Positions 13,328-27,384 of a DNA stretch of 64,000 nt are shown here, in pieces; within the stretch, counting starts at the first letter, position 1; each line of letters opens with the position of its first letter. Both the position numbers and the translations under genes were made by a program. The stretch comes from Hydrolagus affinis (Eukaryota). The stretch lies in contig JAAILG010001611.1 of assembly GCA_012026655.1 (NCBI GenBank), positions 1 through 64,000 on the forward strand. Direction: 5' to 3'. The notes under the pieces were generated by a model. The model saw nothing but the letters and a program-made list of their open reading frames with translations. It had not been told where the DNA came from and searched no databases.

Positions 13328-14769
13328 TGAGTTTGCATAAGGTACAGTGTTGAGTCCTGCAAAAGTTAAAAGATACACACTCTACAATAGTGATGATGAT
13401 AATAATAATAATCCTTGCATTTGATATTGCACCATATCACGTCTCTGAGACGTCCCAAAGCGCTTCACAAAATATACTATAAATTGAATTGTCTACAAGT
13501 TTTGTGTCAAACCAGATTCTTGTGTTACAGTTTCCTAAAATGTTCTGCTGATTATTTATTAACTACTAGAGTACTCCTAGCAGGTATAGGCTACACAAGA
13601 AAAAGCACTCAACCAGAAAAGACCAAAGTAAAGTTTTTTAAAATAAAAAAATTAAATAGTTCTCTACTATTCCAGCTCTCATACCCATCAATTCAACTCT
13701 TCACAAAACAACTACCTGATTTCTATTTGTTGACACAGTCAGTCTCTTTCATTGCTAAAGAGAAGAGTGTGCACTCCATTCCAAACCAAGGGAAATTCCT
13801 TTGTAAATGTGGAACTCTTTCTGGTTTGGAGTCCCTTGAATAGCAATGGACTTCTGTGTGTATAAGACACCAATTAATCAAAAGAAAATTATCTCAGATG
13901 GAACAATATCCTGAGTGCTATAGATGATCTCAATATTTCTGGAAACAAATGTAACAATCTATGGCTCTGTGATCCAATCACATCCTGCCCAGAAGTCACT
14001 TTCCATCTGTCCGTTCTGAAATGTGAGCACATTATTATGGCCAATATTTTTACAGAGAAAGTTTCAAAAGATATGAATATGTTTGTACATTTGAGGGATA
14101 TCAGCTTAGAAATGAAACGTGACCTCCAAAGTGAAACCAGGCAATATAATTAGACAAAAATCTTTGCGATGAATTTGTTAATCCTTTTTTCAAGTCCGAA
14201 AATACTTTACTGCATTATCAGTAATTACATTTGAACCCAAATTTTACATTGAATTTTATATTTTCCCATCCCAACAATGAAGTTATACAAAAAAAAGGAA
14301 ACCAATCCAAATCAACCTTTCTCTTCAACCATGTTTTGAAAGCAACGTTTTGCAAGTTTCGTCTTGCATAACCTGATGATTCTACTTCACCATGTTAATT
14401 GGCAAACAATTATAAAAGAACAGTTATTCATGTGTGCATTCAGGCACACTGAAGAGCTAGTTTAGATAGATGGGAATCCAATAGGTGAAGCTGGTCTGAC
14501 GTACAATAAACCTCCTGACCCTCTGGATTCCAACCAATTTAGTTAAGGGACATAATCCACACACTCGTCAGCAATAAGGAAGTGACTTTACATGCTCGAT
14601 TATTTTTGAGTTGCAGATTGCAATGTTCTTTTGTCTTACAATAGATGTTTTCCAAGTCTGTATGTGCCAGCACTGTAAGAATCACGTATTGACCTGTATA
14701 GGTTGTGCTCTCTGGTTTCTGACAGCCAGGAAAAAACTTACCAGGTAGTGCTGGCAGAAGCAGTGGAAG

Positions 14770-15170
14770 GAATGGAGGCATAATAAGTTTAGAAGGTTGA
14801 GTGGTGATTTGATTGAGGTAATTAAGATGAGAAAGGGATTTGATAGGGGTAGATATAGAGAAGCTATTTCCTCTTGTGGGGGAATCCAAAACAAGGGGGC
14901 ATAGTCATAAAATTAGAACCATTTCTGGCCATTTAAGAGTGAAATCAGGAAGCATTTTTTCACTCAAAGGCTGATTGAAATCTGGAATTCTCTCCACCCA
15001 AAGGTCATGGATGCTGGATCTATCCATATCTCGGGGTATTAAGGGATACAGGGAGAAAGCAGGAAATTGGAATTAAAAGTATTGGTTGAGGTACAGATCA
15101 GCCATGATCTAATCAAATTGCGGAACAGGCTTGAATGACTGAATGGCCCACTTCTGTCCCTGTGTTCCTG
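14770..15170 (+). mobile_element. CR1 LINE 3' fragment
   Basis: ...GAGAAGCTATTTCCTCTTGTGGGGGAATCCAAAACAAGGGGGCATAG...TTTTTCACTCAAAGG...TCTGGAATTCTCTCC (KLFPL..SKTRGH..FFTQR..WNSLP) and CR1-type 3' end. Confidence 0.8.
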
Positions 15171-15671
15171 TGATAAACATCCACTTCGAATGCAGCAATC
15201 AGTGCCTTCAGAAACCCCTTTCCACTCATTTTCACACACACATACACTTGATTTATCTTGTGGAATTGCTTGCTGTGGTGGTCAAGTAGCTTAGCCATTT
15301 GATTCAGAATCCAACAGGGGCTACACATAGTTCACTGTTTCACATGTGTCATCTTCACAATGATTCGTGACACTGCAAAACTGGTAACAAACACAGGTTT
15401 GGCAAAACTGAGATTTAAACACATCATTCATCGCTGTGAAGGTGCCAGTTAATGTGGTCTATGGCAGACCTTGGAAAACTGAAATGCGTTTCAAAATGTT
15501 TCAGCACTCCATTATAAAATGCTCTTTTTCATCCTCTATATGTGAAGTTTAGTCATCTTAAATATACATTGTCACATATTTTGACATTATGGAGGAAGAG
15601 CGAAGCTTAATACTATTCATGTTAGAATTCTCAAAGTGGAAACAGCTGTTTTTTCTCTCCAGATTTTGTGA

Positions 15672-15833
<162 letters not shown>

Positions 15834-16185
15834 TAATTGAACACAATTGTTTACAGTTTATATAGAAATCCAAACGATAGCAATTACTGGAAGGCAAACA
15901 TAGTCCTGATTCAGAAGAAATGAAGACATTTCCCAACTTTAAATGCAGTTATTTAAAATAGTATGAATATTAATTTAATTATGTAATATTAGGATTAAGC
16001 ATTCATGTCCAATGAATCATTTTTAAAAAGCATAGATGGAAGCTGTTTCCAATGCTATTCATGCTATTCATGCCAGGTTTTAGCTATTTATTATTTTTAT
16101 AATAGCTTTCATATGTTTATGATAATACTGTAACTTGACTTTCTGTTGAAAATCGCTCACTGTGTCCTTGATTTAACCCCTTAAG

Positions 16186-16256
16186 GTTGCACGTAAACTT
16201 GTGATCATTGAGAGTGACTTGGAACGTACTGAAGAACGTGCTGAACTTTCAGAGTC
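16186..16256 (+). CDS. TPM1: Tropomyosin alpha-1 exon 5
   Basis: VARKLVIIESDLERTEERAELSES; 71 nt. Confidence 0.96.
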
Positions 16257-16677
16257 GTATGTATTGTTTTCATTCCAGTGCATTTACTAAAAACACTTTG
16301 AAAGCAATGTTTCAGTACACACCCCAATCCCTTAACAAACCTGTGTGGAACATGCTTACACACCAAAAAACTTGTCTTTGCAATTGTTTGTCATTTTATA
16401 AAATATTTGGTTAGAACATACATTTTTCATATTGTACCTGAATTGAATATTGTTCTTGTATAAATCATGTAGCTTCAAACATTGTTTTGGACAATGCATA
16501 TGGACAACCTAGTGCTCAAATCTTTAAAATACTAATGCACTTCTTTGTCTGATGTTAAACATGTTGGCTGTGTCCTGTGTTGAGTTTTAATGTGCTGTTT
16601 CTTTTCTTCACTGCATGCTTTCATTGCACACTATGATTTTGTGAATGGCCTTGTGCATTTCTCGTGATCACTAACAG

Positions 16678-16753
16678 CCGAGTTCGTCAATTGGATGAAG
16701 AGATTTGCATAATGGACCAAACCTTGAAATCATTAACAGCAGCCGAAGGAAAG
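16678..16753 (+). CDS. TPM1: Tropomyosin alpha-1 exon 6a
   Basis: RVRQLDEEICIMDQTLKSLTAAEGK; 76 nt; CAG/GT. Confidence 0.93.
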
Positions 16754-17255
16754 GTACTGAAACTAATGTGCTCCATGGCTACTTCTGCTCACTCCCTAAA
16801 CACTGCTGGATTAATTTTGTGTGGAATGAATCTGCAGCGTCACAAAGGAAAAATGTTGACTTCCCTGTCTGCTTCCTACTCTCATGCTCTGTGTTCTTTT
16901 GGTGTCAGATTATCAGTCTTGACATATTACTTCCTTTAAGTAGTGGCCTGAAAGCAGTTGACTTTTTTAAAAAAAAACATTTCAAACTAATTTACTTTTT
17001 CCTTGGGTAACAATTCACATGCATGTCCTCTCTTTCTAGATGTCAAGTTAATGGCAGGATCTGGACACTTCAGTTTAAAATAAAATATTTCTCAAAGAGT
17101 CAGCTGCTTTAATGCTACTTTTTTTTAAAAAAACTCTATATTGAGTTTTGTTTTAATTTTCTGTTTCTCTTCCCTCTTTGTTTTTATTCCTTGGCTATCG
17201 TTTTCTTTCTCTCCACTCTTGCTCCTTTTCCTCCTCCTTTCCTGACGTAAAACAG

Positions 17256-17331
17256 TAAATCTGCTGAGCTTGAAGAAGAGTTGAAAACTGTGACCAACAA
17301 CCTGAAGTCATTGGAGGCTCAGGCTGACAAG
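17256..17331 (+). CDS. TPM1: Tropomyosin alpha-1 exon 6b
   Basis: KSAELEEELKTVTNNLKSLEAQADK; 76 nt. Confidence 0.96.
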
Positions 17332-18029
17332 GTACGAGAGGGAATAGATGTCACCAGGGTTGCTATCAACCCACTGAAATGTTGGCTCACTCGACTTCTT
17401 GTTTTCAGAGACTTCTTTTTAAGCTATCTTACAATGTGCAATATCCCCTGATTCGTATTAAAACCAGATTTTACAATCCAATTCGGTCTTGAGGGCTTTC
17501 AAAAATCATCCCAGATCACTTTAGATGTTCTGGATTGTTTCAGATGACATGTTTTGTTACCGACTTTGTGTTTTGTTTTGAAGTGATTTCAGGGGTAAAT
17601 TGCAATATTTAAAGAAACAGGAAGCAACATTGTATGTTTTTTTTAAATGTGCTTTCAAACTGGGGGCAACATGAAGAAGCTCAACTTGTTTAGCAGCTGT
17701 ATAATCCATGTACTGTACTGTATTTTAAAAGTTCATTTCAATTGCTGTAATTGTTAAGATAGCTGATCACATTAAGCTGTGACCTATGTTATGCTTTTTA
17801 ACTATACTACAGCAAATTGCTTACACAATAAGAACTTTCAACGGAGGTTAATTAAATCTAATATTTCTTTTTGACATTTTTATAAAAATTAAAATGTTGA
17901 TGGGGGAGGGGGAAAAAAAGGATTTGGTAATGAACTTTTTATCTTTTTCAAGAAATCTTTCTGTCTTGTAACCTTTTGATTAACATTGTTCTTCCTCCTC
18001 CTCCCTCCCACCCTCCCTCCCCCCAACAG

Positions 18030-18092
18030 TACTCGCAAAAGGAAGACAAGTATGAGGAAGAGATTAAAGTGCTGAGTGACAAATTGAAGGAG
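18030..18092 (+). CDS. TPM1: Tropomyosin alpha-1 exon 7
   Basis: YSQKEDKYEEEIKVLSDKLKE; 63 nt. Confidence 0.96.
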
Positions 18093-18206
18093 GTAACTGA
18101 AAATATAAATTCAACTGGATTTGTAATGTAATTGAATCATTTTTGTTCAGTTTAGGATCATTCTTGCTGACTTTTTCTAAACATCGAGTGCTATGTTTGT
18201 TTGCAG

Positions 18207-18276
18207 GCTGAAACTCGTGCTGAGTTTGCTGAGAGGACAGTAGCCAAGTTGGAGAAATCCATTGATGACTTAGAGG
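18207..18276 (+). CDS. TPM1: Tropomyosin alpha-1 exon 8
   Basis: AETRAEFAERTVAKLEKSIDDLE; 70 nt. Confidence 0.96.
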
Positions 18277-18817
18277 GTATGATCTTGAATTTCGTTTTTT
18301 ACACTTCAAATGATCACGGGCTATTGAAACGTGTTTGTGCTTTTGCATTTAGTGAAACTATGTCAAATCAGCAGTTCGTGCTTTACAATCTAGGACAGAG
18401 TTGTGTATCCAGAAGGGCTGAAGTGTGGGATTCTTGTTATTATGGAGTTGTGTTTTTACATGTGTGTGTTGTGTGGATAAGATTATTTTTGATACAAAGC
18501 AATGCCTTAGAAAGACCATTGGATAGCAATGGTTAGGACCTTTCAAGAAAGGAAACCTCAGAGTACGTGATTGTTGCTGGTTGACTTTGTGGAGTTTGGT
18601 GAGTGAATTTGTTTGAAACAAGTGGTAGCTATTCTGTTGGGTCTGCATAAGATAAAGAAATGCTATTCATAAGACTCAGTGGGGGTGAGGGGTTATTTGT
18701 GACCTGTCTTGTTACAAGAATTTGATAGTCAAGGTGCTCTGTGCCATCATTCATGGCAGTTGGATAGTGTAATTGGACTTTGCCGAGATTAAATGCGATG
18801 TATTTTTTTAAATGTAA

Positions 18818-19147
<330 letters not shown>

Positions 19148-21440
19148 ATCTCTTCCTCTGTGCTTGTTTGCATCTGTACTCATCAATTCAATCTCCGAAT
19201 AAACTTTCGTTACTCCTTTTTCCATCCCTAACCTGATTCTTAATTAACATCACTTTATTCTCATCGGTTGCTATTAATTCTTATACCTTTTATCTCGCGG
19301 TGCACTATGTTTATGTACTCCTTAAAGCACTATAATTTTACATGCCATTCTTTGGGATGGGAACAGCTCTAAAATGTATACTTGTTTGCACTTTTGATTA
19401 AGAAAAGTGCAGTACAATGTCTACGTTTGATCTATTACATAAGAATGCATGTTTAAATGGAGACTTTAATTTCTAATGTAATCAACATATGTGCACCGTA
19501 CTTAAACCTTCAACATGGATTTTTTAATGCTATGTTTGATTCTGACATTCATTTGTTTTGCAACAATTACATGTTGCCCAAAACAAATGAATGTGGTATG
19601 CAGAGTTAACCAAATGTTGGATATAGGTACCTTCTATGAGATCCACTCCTGTGTGTACACATTGGAATTAATTCAACAACAAGAAGCGTTCAAATTTGAA
19701 GTTCATTTGTTTTGTTAAAGTAATGTGGCCTTATCAAAAGCAAATGAGTACACTGTACATGATTAACAAGATGTTGAATCTGAACATCTTTTGTAATTCT
19801 GTGACATTGGTTAGATTCCCTGTTTTGTGTGCATCTGTGTGTGTGTTTCTCTAATCACGACTTATAACATCAATATCTTTGCAAGAAAGATTTCCTGTGG
19901 TACTTTTTCTAATCAACCATAATACACTTGGTTACTTTCACTCAACTCTTAGAAATGATCACAATGTATTACATTCAATGTTTCCCTGCAGGTTGTAAAC
20001 ACATCTTTCTTATAATAACTATATTGAAATGGGACTTCGTGTTTTTCTCCGAAGTCCAGGCAAGATGTTCAATTTGTGTTGGTTTGCTTGCTTGCTTGCT
20101 TGCTTGCTTGGTTGCTTTCTAAACAATTCTACTTTGTGTTGTAGAAAACAACCTAACATTTAATTACTATATATTCTGTATACACATTATGTATATGTTA
20201 TATAATTTGTGTATAATATATACAGAACCTGTCTGTGTGTGTATACATAATATATTATAGGTCATTCCAAATCAAATAATGGTAATACAGTAAGTTTGTG
20301 TGACTTGATATTTGTTGTTGCTGATTTGGATGAGCAGTCTAAATTTTGTAACTTGATCCTTAAATTTCTCTTTTGGAATTGATTAATGGGGAAGAGGAGA
20401 TAAATACACACAGTTTGGGTCATTTTAGAATACTTGGCCTTGAATGGCTCTTGCATCGGTAACTGTAGTTGTGTCACATTATGCGTAATGTTTAAAAGTT
20501 TGGATTGGCTTTAAAGCGATTTGCTGTAGGTCACCCCCATGGTATCTTCAATGTACCTGATTTGATCTGATTCACAGTTTTGATTCCTTCTGGTCCACAT
20601 GATAATTAGCCAAACATACATTTGGTCTAAATAAATTAAAAATTGCATTAACTTTAATTTCTCTAGATGGCTCAGTGATAATCCCTAAATAATGATGTAG
20701 CAACTTAAATGCCTCATGATTTGGTAGGCAAGGATCAGCAATTGAAAAGTTGGCCTTACCTTACCCATTCTGTATAGGTACCAGTGAGCTATTTCAGCAT
20801 TCTTCTGGGTTTTCAGAATCCCTGCTGTTTAAATCTATGTCGAATTTGTTGTGTTTCTCAACTGAACCATAATACTTTACTCTAAAGAAGTACTCATCCG
20901 ATCGACCCATAAGTGTTTCACGTAGTAAGCAAGTGTAAGCAAGTAAAAGGAAGCAATTGCTGAGAAATAGAAATGTGGAGAGTTTTGTTCCCTTGGTTTA
21001 ATTTTGGAATGACCCGTTTTTGGATAGTAACTATAAGCTTACTGAGATTTTATTTTTCAGTGATCATGCCAAGTTGAAAAATTGGATTGTGGAGAAGTTT
21101 GGTTACATAAGATAACCCCAAAATGTCATGATAGTGGTTCCTAAATGAAATCACTTGATATTTGAGTTATTCCAGACTTTTCTAAAGCAATATAAAAATA
21201 AACAACAATAATATATTATTACTGCTAATACAAGTACCAAAAATATTTTTAATAAGACGAGAGGAGAGTTTCCTTCCCCATATACCTGTAAGGTTTCAAA
21301 TTGGCATGACCTTGCATTAGATATAGAAAGTTAGCGGAATTGTAGTCTTTTTTTTCTTTTTATTTACATTTTGCTTATTCTGCTTTCATTTATTCATGCT
21401 TTGTCATTCATTTTCTTTTCTATACCCTTTCCTTGTGTAG

Positions 21441-21444
21441 ATAA
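21441..21444 (+). CDS. TPM1: Tropomyosin alpha-1 exon 9b (completes Ile + stop, then 3'UTR)
   Basis: Long pyrimidine tract, TAG|ATAA gives ATA TAA when joined to 9a; AATAAA at 21628 and 21708. Confidence 0.85.
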
Positions 21445-23062
21445 ACTGCTTCACTGCAAAGCCAAAGACTTCTTCAATCGGCTGGCTTTTGTTCTTTCTG
21501 AAATCTCCATCGCTCGAGTATTTAATGTGCAGAACCCCTTGCTCTACCTGTCTAGTAGATGGCTTCCATAACATCATTAATTTCTCATATTGTACAGTAT
21601 CTATCTTTATCCGTGGCCTAAATGTAAAATAAATACCCTCATCTTTATAAACTGTATCTCTTTGCAATTTCTTTAATTTAATTTATTATTGATTGGCAAA
21701 CTTCATAAATAAAAATTGAGGGTATGCTTTATACTGGAAGGAAATGTTTTTTCTGGCTGTTGCTTGTTCTACTGCTTATGCATACTTGTCTATATATCAC
21801 CAGTAATCTTTATGGACACCGAGGCAAAACACATGCAGCATTGTTGTCTTCTTGAATAATTGCACTTCACAGCATTACATGGAATTAGTCGAAATGCCTA
21901 CAGTTGAGAAGTCCTATACTCTGAGTAACAAAATGCATGTAGGCATGGTTTAAGAGCCAATCTCATAAATTGAATGAATGTTTTATATCTTTTAAAGGAT
22001 GTTTCCTGACAATGGACAAAGTATCTGAGCTATTCCCTATCCCCACAGCACATCTGAGGTGGTGAACAATGTTCTCTCACCTGCCATGCCATGGTGCAGT
22101 ATGTTGGGACTGCAATGTACTACACTATTGATGGTTCATTTATTTTCTTCTCACGATACCCCTCTCGTCTCCCCACCCCCCACCCCTCTCCCCACCCACC
22201 ATCACCACCACCATCCTCCACACATCATGAAATAATTACATTTTGGTTACAGACCAGCAGTTAGTCACTCGTGTAGGAAGAGCCAAACCACACCGAAAAA
22301 AAAACATGTAATGTAAGAAGAAACCAGAATGGAGAAGGAGAAATACATTAAATACATGTTGGTTTGGAGTTAAGCATGGTTTTTTATTTAAATTGGGGAA
22401 AAGTGAAGAGTAAGCTCTTTTTCATTTGACATAAATGGTTTTAGCTCTTGAATCATTTATAAATGTAACCCTTGACCCCTAGAATAATCCTTTTGTGCGC
22501 CTCCAGAGAAAGTATTTTTTACTTGGCTTTCATGTGCCCACTGTAACATCTGCCACAGAATTTCTTCTGTATTTCATCTTCATCAATATGCCAAGCTATT
22601 GGATACCTACTTGTTAAGAATGTATTAACTTGGGATTTGAAACCAGTTTCTCCTGTTCTGCAAGCCAACCGTCCTCTCAACAAAATTGGTTATTTAAGCA
22701 CTAAAACATAAACCGTTCATGCTTTCCATTCAAATGTTGTTTCTCAGATGGTTGAAACAGCTTTGAAGGAATAACGATTTGCTCTGAGTTCCTGAAATCA
22801 GGATTTGTCAGATCCTGCGAATCTCCATCCTGTCGCATTGAAACAAAATAGTGTCCAGGGAAGTTTCAGGATTAGTGCCATAACTACTATGTTACAGTCC
22901 AACTGTTTTCCTATTGTATTATTGAAGATCCACGTTTCCAATTTCCATATCTATTGACTCAGCTACTGCAATTGTATTCTCTTTATAATCTTTTTTCTTA
23001 TTGTTGGTCACACACTCATCTCCCTATCAGAGGTCTGTAGCTTAAAGACCCATGTTGGGACT

Positions 23063-23162
23063 NNNNNNNNNNNNNNNNNNNNNNNNNNNNNNNNNNNNNN
23101 NNNNNNNNNNNNNNNNNNNNNNNNNNNNNNNNNNNNNNNNNNNNNNNNNNNNNNNNNNNNNN
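23063..23162. other. Assembly gap (100 N)
   Basis: Run of N. Confidence 1.
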
Positions 23163-23453
23163 CCCCCAAGTAAAATTAGGTTGTGAGGCATTGCTATGTA
23201 CGAATTGGCTGCCATGTTTGTTTATAAAATACAGTCAAAGCACTTTACATTTTACTGTATCCTGTGAACCACTTTCAGACATTCTATATAATTATTACTT
23301 AGAATTATTATTTGCAAATTGCATTAGATATTTCTTGCTTCATTCCTCCCTTTTGGGATTATTCTTACACAAAATATACAATCAAAATATACACTTTACC
23401 ATAGTCTGTGAAGCACTTTGAGACGTCTCAAAGATGTGATAAGGAGCTATAAT

Positions 23454-23920
23454 AAGGAGCTCCCGCATCAAACTTCGTTCCCCCCATTACCCCAGTCCTT
23501 GCCAAACTTCACTGGCTCCCTATCCCAGAGAGGATCGATTTCAAGATCCTCACCCTTGTCTTCAAATCCTTCCACTCCTCTGCACCCCCCTACCTCTCCG
23601 ACCTCTCTCCTCAAACCAGCACCCGTTGCTTTTGCTCCACTGGGTCTGGCCTACTCCATGTCCCCTGAATCCTCCGCTCCACCTTCGGCGGCCGTGCTTT
23701 TTGCCACTACGCCCCGAAACTCTGGAACTCCCTTCCTCACTCCCTTCGCCTCGACCCCTCTGTTCCCAGTTTCAGGTTCCAGCTGAAGACCTTTCTCTTC
23801 GACCGTGCCTTTGGTCACCTTTCTAACCCCGCTCCTGGCTTACCCCCAGGATACGTTATTGTGAAGCGCTCTGAGACGGCGTACGGCATGGAGGGCGCTA
23901 CATAATTCAAAGTTGTTGTT
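23454..23920 (+). mobile_element. 5'-truncated L2 insertion inside a SINE tail, with TATAAT target-site duplication
   Basis: PITPVLAKLHWLPIPERIDFKILTLVFKS-type ORF2 end, (GTT)n tail; TATAAT at 23448-23453 and 23921-23926. Confidence 0.85.
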
Positions 23921-24598
23921 TATAATCAAATACAAGGATTATTATTATTCACTTGCATTCTAAATAGGTACGAGACTGATTTAACTAAGTTCATATCAAC
24001 ATTGAAGATGAAAGCTAATGGTTGATTAACTAGTGATATTAAATAAATGTTAATCATTTACATGATTTCTATTTTTTATTACACTACATTCATGTGCTTT
24101 ATTCACTGAGCTAATGGTGCCAAATTGCCATTTTAATGTAGTGCAGGAATGTTGAATATATAATAGAAGTATCAAATTATCTCTATAAAATACAGCAGAT
24201 GCATATTCCTCTGCACTCAATTTATTTGTAAATAATTAAAATGTATGTGTGCGTGTTGGTAGGTGTGTGTGGGGGTTGGGGGTGGAGGGGGCGTGGGTGT
24301 AAGGCATTTCAATTGTTCCTTGTTGAAAAATCATTGTCGTGCGATGAAGGCTTGATGGGTTGAATTGACTGTGCTACAAAGCTCAAGAGTAGCTGCCTTG
24401 AGTTTCTGGATGAGCACAAGTAGGTTGTATGGATAGGACAAATAGAGAAAAAACAGCAAAAGGTACAGTATTTCTATCTTGTGTCTGGGTATTGACGTGT
24501 GTACTAATATAGCTACTTGAATTAGATTTTTCTATTTTCTTGCCTAATCTGTACTATTCTGCTTTTGTTTCCCTTTAATCTGATTGCTGATGCTACAG

Positions 24599-24678
24599 AA
24601 CATCACTACACCCAACTTGAGCAAAATCGTCTCCTTGCTAATGAGCTTAAGCTGGCCTTGAATGATCTGAGTGACTGA
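24599..24678 (+). CDS. TPM1: Tropomyosin alpha-1 exon 9c (brain-type terminal exon)
   Basis: EHHYTQLEQNRLLANELKLALNDLSD*, homologous to mammalian 9c (DQLYQQLEQNRRLTNELKLALNED). Confidence 0.9.
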
Positions 24679-25359
24679 AGCGTGTACCTAGGCTGGTTTC
24701 TAACTTTTAATATTTCATAATTTCTTCTGTATTGCCTGTTCTCTTGCGGTCAATCTTCACTCCGTACTATTTCACTATACTTAACTGTAAAGTGGATTTC
24801 ATTTACAAGCTTTTCTTTCCTCCACTAATTGAATGGAACTTAGGAAGCCTAACTTGTCCATTAATCCAAAAATCTAACTTTAGAACTCAAAAATAACAAG
24901 TCTATTGGAGAATTCCTGCTTAGTAATGAATATGCAAATAGCAAATCTTGTATCCTGTAGACAAATTACCTGGGTAGTTTATTAATAAGCTTGCAATCGA
25001 ATGTTACCAAGTCTGCATTTGAGTGTGCAATTATGGAATGGGCCAACGATTGATCGTGTTCAGTGTGCATATCTGATAAAAGTCTAATTTTCTTAACATC
25101 TTATTTCATTTAGTTTTCTAAGTCATCTGGTTTCCTAACAGAATAATAAGATGTATTCAGTTGTTAGTGTCAAACTTTTGTCCATTATTAAACTGTATTA
25201 CAAAGGTGCCCTCTAGCAGTGAGCTAATCTTGCTAACTTTTTGTGTGTGTGTGTGTGTGTATGTAATATATAGTGTGTGTAAATTGAATCTGAAGAGAAT
25301 GTAGCATCCTGATGGAGCATCCCACATTATTTATGATGTATATTTTAATCTCCTAACAG

Positions 25360-25442
25360 AGAAATTGGCGCAAGCCAAAGAAGAGAACCTCAGCATGCAC
25401 CAGATGCTTGATCAAACACTACAGGAACTTAATAATTTGTGA
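25360..25442 (+). CDS. TPM1: Tropomyosin alpha-1 exon 9d (smooth/non-muscle terminal exon)
   Basis: EKLAQAKEENLSMHQMLDQTLQELNNL*; AATAAA at 26238, ~26302 and ~26700. Confidence 0.95.
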
Positions 25443-27384
25443 ACTGCCTTGATTGTCGCAAACTGGTTGCCTCAGCTTGCCATAACCCCCTCCCCCCCCC
25501 CCCCACCACACCATTAGAAAACAATTGCACCTTTGGTTTTACACAGACATCTAACAAAGCAGCCGGCAGCCAGTGGTTGGGACAATTTGGTATTAAGTGG
25601 TAAGCCATATGATGATGATGGTATATGATGGTATCCTAAATGTGGGTTGAATACATTACTTCCAAATTCCACAATTGCTACATTTTAAAAACAAAATTCC
25701 AAACATTTTAAAAATGCCAGTGCATACAGACCATTTTTTGATATATTAACACAGTTTACTTTTCATCTGTTAAATATTTTTTTTCTTTTTCAATTTTTTG
25801 ATATTTGCCAGAAATGACACGTTATGTTCCTACATTTTACATCATTTGCCCATTTTCCTATGAGCAAAGCACTGGCAACTGGATAAAGGAGAGTGGGGCT
25901 CTATTTCAGTCCCTCAAATGTAAAACACTGTTTTTAAACATTTGGTGTCTAAACAGTGGTAAAAACATAATTATTAACATAAACACTTGGAAACTACAGC
26001 ATGTTGCCTCCATTTTGTACTTTTTTTTGTTATGAACACACACATCTTTTGCTGTAACTATGTGATTAAATAATTGATTAAAAATTTTGACTAATTTAAG
26101 AAAGTCGCATTTTAATTCAACACTCTTGCAATGGTTTGAAACATAATGGTTATTTTAATGTGATTTGAAGGTACTGAAACAAGCCATCAAATACAAATGA
26201 TCCACAGCTGTTTTCAACAAAGTTACATCACTGTTAAAATAAAGTATATAAAGCAACAAATGTTTTGAAATTATGCAGATATACAATGTTAATGTCGCGC
26301 AAATAAAATTCACTGCATAGAATGATGAAGGCACCAGAGAGAATGTGTCTGATAAATCTTCAGATTCCGGATTCCATTGTCAATCAAGGGGTTTTCTAGA
26401 TTTTTTCGCCAATTTGTGAACATTAACTTCAGTGGGATACACCAGTAGAAATTAATCATATCAGTGTGTTTGTTGATGTGAAGCTTAAACAACACAACTC
26501 AGATTAATTTCCATTCCATTAAGTGCTTTGCTGGAGTAAGTACAAATGTGTTGATGACTAAACTTTGGAAGACTGTTTAGACCAATAATTTGTTGTAATT
26601 GGCAACAATGAAACATTCTGGTAATGCCTCTCCTACTTTTGCACGCTTCAATTGTGAAAGGTTTTAATGTATGCCTGCCTGTAAACTTTGTGCCATGGTA
26701 ATAAAAACACATTTATGAGATTTTGTAAACAAATGTTTCTAATTTTGTGTGGAATTCTGCAACGCCTGCGATTGGGAACTCTGATCTGTATTTATGTTTT
26801 TAGTTGGTAAATTCTACAATCATAAACAGGTAAAGTTCAACAATGTATCCTAGTTATATTTCTCTCCTCTGAAAGTTTGATTGTCTTATACCAACACAAT
26901 TCATTTATTTTCTGCAAACAAATTGTATTGCCATCTCAGACTGGACAAAAAGACCAGCCAGAATATCAGGTTGTCAACTTTGAAGCTGACAAAAAGTCCC
27001 ATGTGGTACAGCGAACCATGTTAACGGGAATTTTATTTTGATTAGTAGATTTCAGTGATTCAAAATAATATTGATTATTATAGACATAGTTTGAGAATCA
27101 GTATCAAGCTCTCATCGTTGGTCTTGATATATAAGAATCTCTAGTTCTCTCCATTGAGGCTATGGAGAGGGAATAAATTCCCACACAACATGTAGGGTTT
27201 CAGCACTTGGTTACAATACTCAGTTTTCTTCATCCCAATCCTATGCAGGGTAGAGCCATTATCCTATGAATTAAAAAATGCAAAGGGTTCATCCGTCAGT
27301 TAAGAAATCAATGTAGATGGTACTGTAAATAAATCCAGTATACCACTCAATAATAATGTTATTGGCATTTTGTCTACTTTTCCA

